A stretch of DNA of 26,327 bases from the IMG/VR virus record IMGVR_UViG_3300038393_000234, positions 1 through 26,327 of that record; one strand, 5' to 3'. Made by a program: the position numbers and the translations under genes. The stretch's first letter is position 1. Each line of letters starts with the position of its first letter. The notes beneath the pieces were generated by a model. The model was given only the letters and a program-made list of their open reading frames with translations. It did not search any database and had not been told where the DNA came from. Source of the DNA: a virus (lineage: Duplodnaviria > Caudoviricetes). This document shows, one piece after another, positions 25,292 to 26,327 of the stretch.

Positions 25292-26143
25292 ATGTCGAAC
25301 CTCATCCGCTACGGCGTACCGCGGTGGAGGACGCCCGCCGGTGGGCGGCACTCGTTCCCCGTCGCGGTCGCAGTCACCAACGGCTCCACACCGATCTCTG
25401 CGTCGGACACCGCCTCAGGCGTCGACACAGCCGCAGTGGCGGTCGCTGTATCGGCTACCGACACCGGCGCGGGCGCCGATACCGCCACGCTGGCCACGGC
25501 CCTCACAGCGGCCGACACGGGCTCCGGTGCGGATATCGCAACGCTCGCCGCCTCGAGCACCGCCAGCGACACCGGTACGGGAACCGACACCGCCACCTCG
25601 GCAGCCTCCCAGACCGGCTCAGACACCGGCTCGGGCGCCAACACGGCGAGTCTGACCGCCAACCTGACCGCCACCGACACCGCCACAGGGGTCGACTTCG
25701 CCAGCGTCGACACCGGCGCCACCCAGGTCTCAGGCACAGACACCGGGATCGGGGCAGACACCGCATCGGTCGCCACGTCACTCACAGCGGCGGACATTGG
25801 AGCCGGGGCCAGCAGCGCGAGCCTGGCAACGAGCCCCACAGTCGCCGACACGGCGACCGGCGTGGACAGCGCCTCGGTCATGGTGCTGCTCACCACCACC
25901 GATGTCGCCACCACGGCCAACCTCGCTGCCCTCGCGGCCACCATCGCAGCAGCCGACCTCGCTGCGGCTATGGACGCGGCGGTCGCCACGCCGCCCTCGG
26001 TCGCCGACCCCAATCCGGTCGCCGTCACCTCCTACGAGCAGGCCACGGCAACCGTCTACGAGTCCGCGACCGCAACCGCGATCGAACAGGCCACCGCCAC
26101 CTCCTACGAGCTCGCCACTGCTACCGCCACCGAGGAGACCTGA
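25292..26143 (+). CDS. Ala/Thr-rich repeat protein (fibre-like)
   Basis: About 11 repeats of ~18 aa (xxDT[GA]xGxDxAxxxxxx) followed by 8-aa xxExATAT repeats. Confidence 0.75.
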   Translation: MSNLIRYGVPRWRTPAGGRHSFPVAVAVTNGSTPISASDTASGVDTAAVAVAVSATDTGAGADTATLATALTAADTGSGADIATLAASSTASDTGTGTDTATSAASQTGSDTGSGANTASLTANLTATDTATGVDFASVDTGATQVSGTDTGIGADTASVATSLTAADIGAGASSASLATSPTVADTATGVDSASVMVLLTTTDVATTANLAALAATIAAADLAAAMDAAVATPPSVADPNPVAVTSYEQATATVYESATATAIEQATATSYELATATATEET

Positions 26144-26327
26144 TGACCGGCCCAGTGAAGGTCTACCGAGGCGCCGAACGCCCCGCCCTCCAGTTCTGGC
26201 TCCGCGACACCGCCAAGAACCTCATCGACTTCTCGACCGGTTACACGTTCAGCTTCAAGATCGGCTACCCCGGTCAGGCTGCGCTGCTCACCAAGACCAG
26301 CGGCATCGTCGGCGCCGCCGGCTCTGG
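26143..26327 (+). CDS. Partial ORF, BppU-N-like adaptor (truncated by the window end)
   Basis: TGATG coupling, GAGGAG RBS; MTGPVKVYRGAERPALQFWLRDTAKNLIDFSTGYTFSFKIG resembles 'GDT.P.l...l.d....idltg' adaptor domains. Confidence 0.55.
   Translation, partial: MTGPVKVYRGAERPALQFWLRDTAKNLIDFSTGYTFSFKIGYPGQAALLTKTSGIVGAAGS

Overview
High-GC tailed-phage (siphovirus-type) DNA, most likely from a phage or prophage of an actinobacterium; the host cannot be fixed from sequence alone. The window runs from the terminase genes through an HK97-type head module (portal, prohead protease, major capsid), neck and tail genes (including a -1 frameshifting tail chaperone, tape measure and a LamG-containing tail-tip protein), a lysis region (membrane proteins, Amidase_2 endolysin, EEP-fold enzyme), and then a second block of Thr/Ser/Ala-rich putative virion-appendage genes that runs off the end. 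The main highlight is a three-enzyme cassette between capsid and neck genes (double-domain glycosyltransferase, prolyl-hydroxylase-like 2OG-Fe(II) oxygenase, SAM methyltransferase), a candidate hydroxylate-glycosylate-methylate system for the virion surface. Other highlights: a small Zn-finger protein whose C-terminus mimics the tape-measure C-terminus; a moron encoding a secreted Cys/Pro-repeat peptide; a divergent RHH/HNH module with twin palindromic operators; and a chain of tiny translationally coupled membrane peptides after the endolysin. All family calls come from motif recognition by eye, not from database searches.
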